64,000 bases of DNA from the NCBI GenBank assembly GCA_022784645.1, contig JALFZG010000010.1, positions 43 through 64,042 of the forward strand. The letters are read 5' to 3'. Positions 8,132 through 16,978 of this stretch are shown piece after piece. The DNA is from Bacteroidales bacterium. Lineage in GTDB: Bacteria > Bacteroidota > Bacteroidia > Bacteroidales > Paludibacteraceae. The position numbers and the translations under genes were made by a program. Below the pieces are notes generated by a model. It made no database searches. It was not told where the DNA came from and was given only the letters and a program-made list of their open reading frames with translations. Each line of letters opens with the position of its first letter. The first letter of the stretch is position 1.

Positions 8132-9100
8132 TTAACTGCGTAACCATGCGAGGATATTTTTTCGGTCTTCAATCAGCCATGCGAGCACTGCTCCGGCAAT
8201 CCACCCTGCAAGCATAAAGAGGATCCTCCAGATGTGCGGGTTTCTTACGGGCTCGGGATTGAGTGCGAAATTGGAGTCAAGCACAACGGGTGCGGTCATT
8301 AGGCTTAACTCATGAGTTACCTGCTTGCGTCGCTCCAGCAGTTCGAACATATCGTTGTGCATAGCCTGCACCTCTCTCGAACCAACCACCAATCCGGGTG
8401 ACCACGGTCTAACCTTGTTTTGGCTGCCGGTGCCTTGATTGAAATAAAACTCAACGATGAAGCTGTCGAGCACTTCGGTTTGCACGCGGCAGAATTCCGC
8501 AAATCGCTCGATGTCAGCTTTCTTGGCTTCAAATGCCGCTTGGATTTGCGGCTGTGAATTGAGGTATTGCAGCAGATTCTGCTGAACGGTAGGCACGCTA
8601 TTGATGTTCTTCGTACGGAATCTTACGGCGATGCGGTTGTCCATAACAATGTCGAGCGTATCGGAGCGTTTGTGCGAACGCTTGTAGTCAATCATATCGG
8701 GCACCGAATCATGCCTGAAATCGATTACAGGGAAATGCTCAAAGAGGGTGGTGACGCGTGCAATTCCCGGCTCGAGCTGCAAGAGATTCTGCAAGTTTTG
8801 CGTTTCGCTCATGTTGGCATCTACTGCAAATTCTATCGGCATCAACGCTTGCGCAACATCAAATTCAGTAGGGCCATTGAGAATCAAAACGGCTTCCACT
8901 TTGTATTTTCTGTTTTCGGGCCTTGTCCAATATATACCGGCTGCGAGTCCGAGAATGAGTAAGGGCAAAACGATGTAGGCTTTGCGCCAACTGAGCCGAA
9001 TCATTCGACTCAGCAGGCAGATGATTCGGTTGATTCCTCTTCCGCAGGCTTTGCAAGCGGCATAAATGAGGTCAAAAAGCGATGTTTCTTTATGTTCCAT
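8132..9100 (-). CDS. Hypothetical bitopic membrane protein with Wzz/PCP-like topology
   Basis: 322 aa with an N-terminal TM (YIVLPLLILGLAAGIYW), a large central soluble region, and a C-terminal TM (ILFMLAGWIAGAVLAWLI). It starts 18 nt after the ftsZ stop and ends 21 nt before the GH3 start. Confidence 0.6.
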   Translation of the reverse strand: MEHKETSLFDLIYAACKACGRGINRIICLLSRMIRLSWRKAYIVLPLLILGLAAGIYWTRPENRKYKVEAVLILNGPTEFDVAQALMPIEFAVDANMSETQNLQNLLQLEPGIARVTTLFEHFPVIDFRHDSVPDMIDYKRSHKRSDTLDIVMDNRIAVRFRTKNINSVPTVQQNLLQYLNSQPQIQAAFEAKKADIERFAEFCRVQTEVLDSFIVEFYFNQGTGSQNKVRPWSPGLVVGSREVQAMHNDMFELLERRKQVTHELSLMTAPVVLDSNFALNPEPVRNPHIWRILFMLAGWIAGAVLAWLIEDRKNILAWLRS

Positions 9101-9118
9101 TTTTTTAACGTTGTTTTC

Positions 9119-10465
9119 TTATCTTCTGCGCGTCCACGATGGGGTGTTCTCCAATGTTTGTTCGTCGGAGTCGTTGAGGTCAAAAATAATATCAATGGGC
9201 TCAGAAGCATTTCCGTCGTTAATAATCTCCACGGCAGGCTCTTCTTCCGGTTCCTGCTGAGGGATGCTTTCAGAAGGCGCATTGCAGCTGTCGTCGAGCT
9301 CCTCAACATGTTCATCAGCTTCCGCTTCTTCCGTCAGCGGTTGCTCGTTGGTTTCTTGCGTTTCTTGCGCTGTTGGGGCTTCTTCCGCCGTTTCTTCTTT
9401 GTCGTCGTAGAATTTCTTGATAGCTTCATCAATCGTAGGCTTTTCCGCAGGAATAACCTCCTCTTTAGGCTTCTCTTCGCAGTTTTCGATGCCGGGGATA
9501 TCCGTTACTTTATATCCTGTAGCAATGACCGTAACGCGCACTTCATCGCCGAGCGTGTCGTCGTAACTTGCCCCCCATTTCACTTCCACTTCATCTCCTA
9601 CCTCTTCAATGAACTGATTGATCTGATCGAGCTCCTGCATGCGTATCGCATTTTCTTTCGAACAATAGAAGGTAAGGAGAATGCGGCTTGCTCCATGCAC
9701 ATCGGTGGTGTTTACGAGCGGCGAATTGAGCGCATCGCGAATAGCCTTGGTGATGCGCAATTCCGGATCGGAAGAGCGGCCTACGTTCATGATGGCTACA
9801 CCACCATCTTTCAGCGTATTATAGACATCCTGGAAGTCGGTGTTGATGTATCCGGGAACGGTAATAATCTCAGCAATGGCTTTGGCTGCGTTGCTGACCA
9901 CTTCATCCGACTTGTCGAACGCGTTGGGGAGATCAAAATCGGGGAAGAGCTTTTTGAGTTTCTCGTTGTTGATTACGAGGATAGCATCGGTATGCTCAGC
10001 GAGTTTAGCTACTCCTCTCAGTGCTTTACGGATGATTTTCTGCCCCTCAAACTGGAACGGTATCGTAACGATTCCCACGGTGAGTATTCCCATTTCTTGC
10101 GCCACTTCAGCCACTACGGGCGAAGCTCCGGTGCCGGTACCGCCACCCATTCCGGCAGTGATGAACACCATCTGCGTGCCGTCTGACAATGCCTTCTTGA
10201 TATCCTCTCGGCTTTCGTTGGCGAACTCTTGAGCGCGCTCAGGACGCCCTCCTGCTCCCAAGCCGGGGCCGAGCTGCAACTTAGCCGGTACAGGCGATTT
10301 GGCAAGCGCCTGACGATCGGTATTGCATACGAGGAAACTAACCCCCTCTACGCCCGTTCTGTACAAATAATTTACTGCGTTGCAGCCACCGCCGCCTACG
10401 CCCATTACTTTAATAATACTGTTTTCTGCTATCTCCAAATCAATTGGCAATAATTCGTCTTCCAT
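9119..10465 (-). CDS. ftsZ: Cell division protein FtsZ
   Basis: Tubulin signature GGGTGTGA (GMGGGTGTGASPVVA) and N-terminal GVGGGGCNAVN. It has a long acidic C-terminal linker. 448 aa. Confidence 0.95.
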   Translation of the reverse strand: MEDELLPIDLEIAENSIIKVMGVGGGGCNAVNYLYRTGVEGVSFLVCNTDRQALAKSPVPAKLQLGPGLGAGGRPERAQEFANESREDIKKALSDGTQMVFITAGMGGGTGTGASPVVAEVAQEMGILTVGIVTIPFQFEGQKIIRKALRGVAKLAEHTDAILVINNEKLKKLFPDFDLPNAFDKSDEVVSNAAKAIAEIITVPGYINTDFQDVYNTLKDGGVAIMNVGRSSDPELRITKAIRDALNSPLVNTTDVHGASRILLTFYCSKENAIRMQELDQINQFIEEVGDEVEVKWGASYDDTLGDEVRVTVIATGYKVTDIPGIENCEEKPKEEVIPAEKPTIDEAIKKFYDDKEETAEEAPTAQETQETNEQPLTEEAEADEHVEELDDSCNAPSESIPQQEPEEEPAVEIINDGNASEPIDIIFDLNDSDEQTLENTPSWTRRR

Positions 10466-10476
10466 ATGTTTGTTTT

Positions 10477-11790
10477 TTATTCTGTTGGTGGTGTGAATAA
10501 ATCAGTCAGTCTGGTAAAGATGTGTTTCCCGACGGGAATTTTGGTGGGGGGCAGTTTCTGCCCGGGATGCTCTCTTCTGAATCGAGCTCCGAGTAGCATA
10601 GCCCCTACCGTAGCTGAATACTCGGGCCCATAAAAACGAGCATCGGTTTGCTCATCAAGCCAATCCGCATGACTGCCGTATTCTACGGGAAGTGATGTGT
10701 GTGCTCTTACGTATTCCAGCATATTCGCCATTCGGCTTGCACCTCCCGTGATATACACTTGCCCGATTTGCTCTTCAAATTTTTTCAGTTCTCCAAAGAT
10801 GGGGATCATGATTTCTTCCAAACGTGAAGTGATGATTTCAGAGAGGAAAGTTGTGGTAACCAAGATGGGCTCTCCATCGGGTTGTGCGTTTCGAATACGG
10901 ATTGTTTTTGGCGCTTCTGTTTGAGCAATGGCGCTACCAAATCGCACTTTCAGTTTCTCTGCATCTTCAAGCGTAATGCCCAGATGCTGGATGTCAAGCG
11001 AGATGTTGTATCCGCCAAACGGCAGCACTTTAGTAGAGAGAAACTGTCCGCCTTTGTAAATACTGATGGTGGTCGTTTCTGCTCCCATATCGATGATGGC
11101 GAGCCCGATAAGTTCGTCTTGCTCCGACGCGAGTGCTTCAAGGAGTGCCGATGGGCGCGCAAAAGCCTGCTCAATAGACTTGCCGGCTCGCTCAAACGAC
11201 CCCGTCACCTTGTCTTTTAAGTCGGGCAAACCGTAGAAGGTAGAGTAGGTGGCAGCTATGCTTTTGATAAGCGAGTCCGGCTCAATGGTTTCTACCGTTT
11301 GTTGATCATCGATGAGGAACGAAGCCGGCCTCGCATCCAGCCCGACGATAGGTTGAGTAGTCTGAACGCGGCTGATCTTGAGGATACTCTCGTTTCGCAT
11401 TTCATCAAGCAGCGACTGCCTTACCGGCCCTTTGTATCCTAAATTGCGCAACACCTTGACGGGTGTGCATCGCATGGATTTACCGCCCAATACGCAGAAT
11501 GCGGTAGGCAGCGGATTGTCCATCTTTAGCCGATTGCTCATCAAGAGCATTGATTCGCGAATCATGTAGCTCGCTTCTGATGTGTTGACGATAATACCCT
11601 TTTTCACGCAACGGTATTTGCTGGATTCATCGGCAGCAATGATTCGCAACTGCGAGCCGTAAGGATTCGTGGGGTCGGTCTCTTCAGCTGCGAGCATTTT
11701 GAAACTGCTACTGCCCATGTCGATACCTACGAGCGGAAGTCCTTCGGAGGTGTGCTCTGGTTCTGTTTTATGATGTCTGAACTTTGCCAT
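10477..11790 (-). CDS. ftsA: Cell division protein FtsA
   Basis: Actin-like ATPase fold (VGIDMGSSSFKML ... IIDMGAETTTISIY ... YITGGASRM). Start set at MAKFRHH (ATG at 11790), 4 nt after the ftsQ stop. The longer ORF-track start overlaps ftsQ. Confidence 0.9.
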   Translation of the reverse strand: MAKFRHHKTEPEHTSEGLPLVGIDMGSSSFKMLAAEETDPTNPYGSQLRIIAADESSKYRCVKKGIIVNTSEASYMIRESMLLMSNRLKMDNPLPTAFCVLGGKSMRCTPVKVLRNLGYKGPVRQSLLDEMRNESILKISRVQTTQPIVGLDARPASFLIDDQQTVETIEPDSLIKSIAATYSTFYGLPDLKDKVTGSFERAGKSIEQAFARPSALLEALASEQDELIGLAIIDMGAETTTISIYKGGQFLSTKVLPFGGYNISLDIQHLGITLEDAEKLKVRFGSAIAQTEAPKTIRIRNAQPDGEPILVTTTFLSEIITSRLEEIMIPIFGELKKFEEQIGQVYITGGASRMANMLEYVRAHTSLPVEYGSHADWLDEQTDARFYGPEYSATVGAMLLGARFRREHPGQKLPPTKIPVGKHIFTRLTDLFTPPTE

Positions 11791-11794
11791 ATCG

Positions 11795-12523
11795 TTATCT
11801 GCATACGACCTGATTCCTGAATCGGAGGTCAATTTCTTTATATTCTTTCCATCCAAATTTAGAGAATCCGTCTCGGTAGAGGATTTTGAGTTTTTTGAGT
11901 TTCTGCTCGTAGTCCGCAAGTGAGCCGAGCAGGATGACTCCTGAGCCGACGCGGGGGATGAGCTCAATTCTACGCGGCCCCACGACATGAATTTGCTCGA
12001 TTTGCGCCATCCAAAAGTCGTCATCTTCAAGCCATTCGATAAAGTCAAAGAGCTCCTCTTGCGCCATTCGCTGCGAGACATGCCCTGTAACAATCGGCAC
12101 GTCTGCCGCCGTAGTACTTCTGACTTGCATCACGCGGCGGTCAGAATCGATATAATAATTATCAGCTCCGAGCACCCTAAGCTTGGGCTCGCGCTGAAAA
12201 ACTCGCACCATGATATTGCCGTTTGGTGTGGGGAATACGCACACTTGGCGGGCCATAGGATGCTGCAGGGCGAGTTCTTCAAGCTGGCAACATATGTTTT
12301 CTGAGATGGGTTCACCTTCCGGATTGAGCCCTGATCGAAGGATGAATTGTCGCATCTCGTGAGCAGTGGTGAACTGCTTTTTTGCAGAATCAGCAATCTC
12401 AATGAGGAGATGCTGACATACTGGTTGTTCTCGCCTTGGCGAAAAGCACAAGAGGCTGCAAAGGAGATATGCCCCTGACAGCCCAAGCACAATGCCAATG
12501 GTAATTTTCTTCCAAAGTTCCAT
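11795..12523 (-). CDS. ftsQ: Cell division protein FtsQ (POTRA domain)
   Basis: Single N-terminal TM followed by a POTRA/FtsQ-type domain. It sits directly upstream of ftsA-ftsZ. Confidence 0.8.
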   Translation of the reverse strand: MELWKKITIGIVLGLSGAYLLCSLLCFSPRREQPVCQHLLIEIADSAKKQFTTAHEMRQFILRSGLNPEGEPISENICCQLEELALQHPMARQVCVFPTPNGNIMVRVFQREPKLRVLGADNYYIDSDRRVMQVRSTTAADVPIVTGHVSQRMAQEELFDFIEWLEDDDFWMAQIEQIHVVGPRRIELIPRVGSGVILLGSLADYEQKLKKLKILYRDGFSKFGWKEYKEIDLRFRNQVVCR

Positions 12524-12590
12524 AGCAGGTTTTAATTTTTAATTAATTGAGTCATATATTGTAATTGCCGTTTTCCTGCATAATACGATG

Positions 12591-12598
12591 CAAAATTA
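12591..12598 (-). promoter_or_regulatory. -7 promoter box for ftsQAZ
   Basis: CAAAATTA on the plus strand is TAATTTTG on the minus strand, about 68 nt upstream of the ftsQ ATG. Confidence 0.5.
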
Positions 12599-12681
12599 GT
12601 ATAATTTTTTGGTTTATGCAAATAATTCGCATTTCTTACAGAAAAAAAATCGTTTTTCTTGTGTATTTCAGAAAAAAAGTG

Positions 12682-12689
12682 TACCTTTG
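12682..12689 (+). promoter_or_regulatory. -7 promoter box for glyQS
   Basis: TACCTTTG lies 28 nt upstream of the ATG at 12717. Confidence 0.6.
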
Positions 12690-12716
12690 CACTCAATTTT
12701 GTAAATTCGTATAAAA

Positions 12717-14267
12717 ATGGCTACACAAGAAGAAACTTTCAAGAAGATTGTTGCCCACTGCAAGGAGTATGGTTTTGTGTTTCCTTCATCGGAAATTTAC
12801 GATGGCCTTGGCGCAGTGTATGACTACGGTCAGAATGGCGTAGAACTGAAAAATAATATCAAGCATTATTGGTGGGATTCGATGACCCTGCTGCATGAGA
12901 ATATAGTAGGTATCGATGCCGCAATTTTCATGCATCCTACCACTTGGAAAGCGTCAGGACACGTAGATGCTTTCAATGATCCTTTGATCGATAATCGCGA
13001 TTCGAAGAAGCGTTATCGCGCGGATGTACTGATCGAAGATCAGCTCGGTAAGATTGAGGAGAAAATCAACAAGGAAATAGAGAAAGCTCGTAAGCGCTTT
13101 GGTGAGCAGTTTGATGAGGCTCAGTTCCGCGCTACCAACGGCCGTGTGCTGGAGCATCAAGCGCATTTTGACCAACTTCATACTCGCTATTCAGAGGCTA
13201 TGAATAAGATGGATTTGGCTGAGCTGAAGCAGATTATTCTTGATGAAGAGATTGTGTGTCCCATCAGCGGCACCCGAAACTGGACGGATGTGCGTCAGTT
13301 TAACTTGATGTTCTCTACTGAAATGGGCTCAACGGCTGATGGCGCTATGAAGATCTACCTCCGTCCGGAGACTGCGCAGGGCATTTTTGTGAATTACTTA
13401 AACGTGCAGAAGACCGGACGCATGAAACTGCCGTTTGGTATTGCTCAAATTGGTAAGGCGTTTAGAAACGAGATTGTTGCGCGACAGTTTATTTTCCGTA
13501 TGCGCGAGTTTGAGCAGATGGAGATGCAGTTTTTTATCAAACCGGGTACGGAGCATGAGTGGTTTAATCACTGGCGTGAATTTCGCTTGAAATGGCACAA
13601 AGCTCTCGGTTTGGGCGATGAGAAATACCGTTTCCACGACCACGAGAAACTTGCGCATTATGCCAATGCAGCTACGGATATTGAGTTCCAAATGCCGTTT
13701 GGCTTTAAGGAAGTAGAGGGCATTCACAGCCGTACGAATTTTGACCTCTCGCAACATGCGAAGTTCTCAGGAAAGAAGATTGAATATTTCGATCCGGAAA
13801 CCAATACGTCATATACCCCATACGTTATTGAGACGTCAATTGGTGTGGATCGTATGTTCCTTTCTATCATGTGCTCAGCTTATAAGGAAGAGCAACTGGA
13901 AGGCGGTGACAGCCGTGTTGTACTTGCACTTCCGCCGGTGTTGGCTCCCGTAAAAGCATGCGTGATGCCGCTCGTAAAGAAAGATGGTCTGCCTGAGAAA
14001 GCACGTGAGATTCAGAATATGCTCAAGTTTGATTTCAAAACCAATTACGACGAGAAAGACTCAATCGGAAAGCGCTATCGCCGCCAAGATGCTATCGGTA
14101 CGCCGTTCTGCATTACGGTGGATCATGATACGCTTACGGATGGCTGTGTAACAGTGCGCTATCGCGACACAATGACGCAAGATCGAGTAAAGATTGAGGA
14201 TCTTCATGAATTGATTTATAAAGCATGCGATATGAAGCAATTGTATCGCAAGATTGTAGCTCAGTAA
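12717..14267 (+). CDS. glyQS: Glycine--tRNA ligase (homodimeric class II type)
   Basis: 516 aa with N-terminus MATQEETFKKIVAHCKEYGFVFPSSEIYDGLGAVYDYGQNG, and class II motifs (FRNEI..R, GVDR). Confidence 0.95.
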   Translation: MATQEETFKKIVAHCKEYGFVFPSSEIYDGLGAVYDYGQNGVELKNNIKHYWWDSMTLLHENIVGIDAAIFMHPTTWKASGHVDAFNDPLIDNRDSKKRYRADVLIEDQLGKIEEKINKEIEKARKRFGEQFDEAQFRATNGRVLEHQAHFDQLHTRYSEAMNKMDLAELKQIILDEEIVCPISGTRNWTDVRQFNLMFSTEMGSTADGAMKIYLRPETAQGIFVNYLNVQKTGRMKLPFGIAQIGKAFRNEIVARQFIFRMREFEQMEMQFFIKPGTEHEWFNHWREFRLKWHKALGLGDEKYRFHDHEKLAHYANAATDIEFQMPFGFKEVEGIHSRTNFDLSQHAKFSGKKIEYFDPETNTSYTPYVIETSIGVDRMFLSIMCSAYKEEQLEGGDSRVVLALPPVLAPVKACVMPLVKKDGLPEKAREIQNMLKFDFKTNYDEKDSIGKRYRRQDAIGTPFCITVDHDTLTDGCVTVRYRDTMTQDRVKIEDLHELIYKACDMKQLYRKIVAQ

Positions 14268-14296
14268 GTTACCAACGTATCATATTGGTGCCCCTG

Positions 14297-14327
14297 CATG
14301 CCGCTCCCTGGGGCGGCATGTTTTATT
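14297..14327 (+). terminator. Rho-independent terminator of glyQS
   Basis: CATGCCGC (14297-14304) pairs with GCGGCATG (14313-14320), followed by TTTT. Confidence 0.7.
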
Positions 14328-14389
14328 TGCAGACTCTGGATTGTTTCTATTGAAAATCTTCAAGATTTCGTATAGTGAAAACGTTTACG

Positions 14390-15544
14390 ATGGCAATTAT
14401 TCTAACGGTTATATTGTTCGGGATTGCAGCATTTTGGATGTATCGTTTCTCGCAAAATACATTGGAGATTCGTACACAAATGATGTGTCTGTATGGCGCT
14501 GAAATTGTGTGTCTTTGGTTGTCGATGTGCTTTTTTTTGCATGCCTTTTCCGAAGAACGCGAAATGCAGGCTACGTATGACCATATCATTTATATATCCG
14601 CTTTGTTTCTTTTTCCTTTTTTGCACTTGATTTTTCTTTGTGCGATGAAGGGCAAACCGCTGATGCGAACGACCATTTTGAAGCATATCCTTCCGCATGT
14701 GGTGATTGCTGTGCTTACTTTTTCGATTTATTTTGCAATAGAGGCAGGCCTTCAGATTCCAGATTCCTTTTCTCGCGCGATGGTGATAGGATTTAAGGGG
14801 ATTTTGTTTTGCAGTGTAATGATATATTCGAGCTTGTTCGTATATCGGTATTCGTTATACCGCCGATTGGTAAAGCGCATTTTCTCAGATATCAGCAAAA
14901 CAGATTTCCCGATAGTATCACGGATTGGCGGAGTGGCATTAGCGGAAGGCGTAGTAATGTACGCGATGCTATGCCGTGGCTTTTCCAGTTTGGAGGGGGA
15001 TTGGTTGGCTTTGCTCGTTTTGTGTAGTACTTCGCTAGCAGTAGTGGCGTTGTTGGGGTGGTATATTTCGCTATTGCGGGGAATCTCGGCCATATCCTTG
15101 GTGGATTGGAGCGACGTGCACCTCTCCGATGAAGATCTGCAAGCAGCTGAATATCGACTCCATTTAATTGACTCAGTGAAAGCGGCTGAAGATGCTACTG
15201 TAAATATTGACGCTACGCTGGAAAGGTGGTTGACGGATGCAAGCAAGCCGTATCTGCGTCAAGGTTTGACGGTCAACGATGTTGCAAACGCAACCTCTAT
15301 TTCACCCAAATTGCTCTCTGCTTATCTTAATAGAACGCTTCAGATGAATTTCAATCAATGGGTAAATCAATATCGGCTGAGGGAAGTGAAATTGCGTTTG
15401 CTTTCTTCTGATTTGTCACTTGATGAGATTGCTTATGAATGCGGTTTTGGCGATAGGAGTGTGATGTCGCGCGTTTTTAAAGCTGCGGAGGGAATCTCGC
15501 CATCCGAATTTAGAAATAAGGCTGTAAATAATAATGCAGAATGA
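14390..15544 (+). CDS. Polytopic membrane protein with a C-terminal AraC/XylS-type HTH DNA-binding domain
   Basis: About 8 TM helices followed by a complete two-HTH AraC domain (LTVNDVANATSISPKLLSAYLNRTL ... LSLDEIAYECGFGDRSVMSRVFKAAEGISPSEFRNK). The ATG at 14390 is preferred over the GTG at 14375. Confidence 0.75.
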   Translation: MAIILTVILFGIAAFWMYRFSQNTLEIRTQMMCLYGAEIVCLWLSMCFFLHAFSEEREMQATYDHIIYISALFLFPFLHLIFLCAMKGKPLMRTTILKHILPHVVIAVLTFSIYFAIEAGLQIPDSFSRAMVIGFKGILFCSVMIYSSLFVYRYSLYRRLVKRIFSDISKTDFPIVSRIGGVALAEGVVMYAMLCRGFSSLEGDWLALLVLCSTSLAVVALLGWYISLLRGISAISLVDWSDVHLSDEDLQAAEYRLHLIDSVKAAEDATVNIDATLERWLTDASKPYLRQGLTVNDVANATSISPKLLSAYLNRTLQMNFNQWVNQYRLREVKLRLLSSDLSLDEIAYECGFGDRSVMSRVFKAAEGISPSEFRNKAVNNNAE

Positions 15545-16587
15545 TTAGCACACCTTATATATTTTTTATTATTCACGGCACTGGTTGTTTGGTGCTGTCG
15601 ATCGTTCTTCTCTCATATAAAATATCGGGAGTGCCTGCAGCGAGCAATTATCGGTATTTCTTGCGGATGTTGGCGATATTGATGTTTGTGCAATTTCCGG
15701 TTGATTGTTTATGGTATTGGAGCTATGAACATGCCTATTTTCCAATTGTTCGGCAGTTGATATATCCATCATATATTTTTCTGCAGGTTTGCTTATATTC
15801 TTCTATGTGCCATTTGCTGCTTCATACTCCTACTGAACAGCGAAGAGTAGCGCACTTACTGAGATTAGTATTTTTTGTATTGGTGCTTTTTTATCCCGTT
15901 TTGGTCGCTACGATGCATTCTGATGCCACGCGTCCGTTTACGTTACAAGTTTTTTTGGACTGTTCGGTAGGCAGTTTTGTGGCTTATTACGGACAGGTGC
16001 TTCGATTGGTGGCTATTATCTTGATTATTTTTGGCTTGGTGCTATTGATGAAAGATTATCGAGTTTATAAGAAGGCGGTCGTGGAGCAAAAATGCTTCGG
16101 CATCTATTTCCCTTTTCTCTTGACTTTATTCATTTTTGTAATTTCCCTTGTTTCATTCGTTATTAGCAGTTTCGAACTGGAGTTTTACGGCTGGAATATG
16201 CTTTTATGGCTGGTCTTCTGCATATGGCTCTGTATGTTTGCGCTCAATCATAAAGATGAACTTCTTCGCGTGGAGCAAGCAGCAGCTCACGCGCAAATTG
16301 AAGTGGAATTGGAGCGTACGCGTAAACGTTTTTCTGCATCGGCAGAGCAGCGTGAATTACGCGAGCGAGAGGTTGTGATGCGGGCGCTTCAAATATGGTC
16401 GCAGCGCCCCGATAAACCATATATGAGCGAAGGAATCACGCTGATGGATGTTGCAGAAGAAACGGTTTTACCACCTGCTGCGCTTTATCAATATGGTATT
16501 CGTTCGCATGGATTGAATTTTGAGGAGTATATTTTGTATCTAAGGGCCGGCTCTGCAGAAGCTATAAGTAAGTCAATGGGTAAGTAA
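15541..16587 (+). CDS. Polytopic membrane paralog with a truncated (single-HTH) AraC-like C-terminus
   Basis: ATGA overlap with the upstream gene. About 8 TM helices and a coiled-coil-like linker. The C-terminus (PDKPYMSEGITLMDVAEETVLPPAALYQYGIRSHGLNFEEYILYLR) aligns with the first HTH subdomain of the upstream paralog and then stops. Confidence 0.65.
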   Translation: MISTPYIFFIIHGTGCLVLSIVLLSYKISGVPAASNYRYFLRMLAILMFVQFPVDCLWYWSYEHAYFPIVRQLIYPSYIFLQVCLYSSMCHLLLHTPTEQRRVAHLLRLVFFVLVLFYPVLVATMHSDATRPFTLQVFLDCSVGSFVAYYGQVLRLVAIILIIFGLVLLMKDYRVYKKAVVEQKCFGIYFPFLLTLFIFVISLVSFVISSFELEFYGWNMLLWLVFCIWLCMFALNHKDELLRVEQAAAHAQIEVELERTRKRFSASAEQRELREREVVMRALQIWSQRPDKPYMSEGITLMDVAEETVLPPAALYQYGIRSHGLNFEEYILYLRAGSAEAISKSMGK

Positions 16588-16646
16588 TAATTACATTTGA
16601 GGAAGAAAGGTTACCATGCGTGTTAATTATTGGCCAAAAATTAAAT

Positions 16647-16673
16647 AAAATCGTCACCGTGACGATTTTTTTT
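16647..16673 (+). terminator. Terminator after the membrane-AraC gene pair
   Basis: AAAATCGTCAC-C-GTGACGATTTT palindrome followed by a T-run. Confidence 0.6.
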
Positions 16674-16680
16674 ATTATCT

Positions 16681-16690
16681 GTCACGTGAC
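16681..16690. promoter_or_regulatory. Palindromic candidate operator GTCACGTGAC in the -33 region of the XRE gene promoter
   Basis: A perfect 10-bp palindrome lies 18 nt upstream of the -7 box. It shares CGTGACGATTTT with the terminator palindrome 30 bp upstream. Confidence 0.4.
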
Positions 16691-16707
16691 GATTTTGAAA
16701 TTTTGTG

Positions 16708-16715
16708 TACTTTTG
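16708..16715 (+). promoter_or_regulatory. -7 promoter box for the XRE regulator
   Basis: TACTTTTG matches TAnnTTTG, 27 nt upstream of the ATG at 16742. Confidence 0.55.
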
Positions 16716-16741
16716 CAGAGTAACACACAAATTCTTATATT

Positions 16742-16975
16742 ATGAATGTTTCTGATACTGTTATGGAAAAAGCTTATTCTCAAATTGGCCAACGCATTCG
16801 TGAAATTCGCATGAGCAGGAAAATGTCTCAGATTGAGTTGTCTACTCGTTGTGGCGTTGAGCCGTCTAATCTTAATCGCATAGAGCATGGCAAGGCTAAC
16901 CCTACGGTTCGCACGCTCCATTTGATTGCTGTTGCTTTGGGCGTTGGATTGGCTGAATTGATGAAAGAAGCTTGA
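16742..16975 (+). CDS. XRE (Cro/C1) family HTH transcriptional regulator, 77 aa
   Basis: HTH_3 pattern: IREIRMSRKMSQIELSTRCGVEPSNLNRIEHGKANPTVRTLHLIAVALGV. Confidence 0.85.
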   Translation: MNVSDTVMEKAYSQIGQRIREIRMSRKMSQIELSTRCGVEPSNLNRIEHGKANPTVRTLHLIAVALGVGLAELMKEA

Positions 16976-16978
16976 TGA

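Noticed and set aside
10477-12093. Long N-terminal extensions suggested by the ORF track for ftsA (start 12093), lepA (23299), dnaK (43331), the RND gene (26111), korA (29516), ftsY (59488), the second XRE gene (55713) and rpsU (32707)
   Set aside because: The extensions overlap upstream genes, promoter boxes or repeat elements and do not resemble the conserved N-termini. Internal ATGs reproduce canonical N-terminal sequences such as [14 protein letters not shown] and [19 protein letters not shown].
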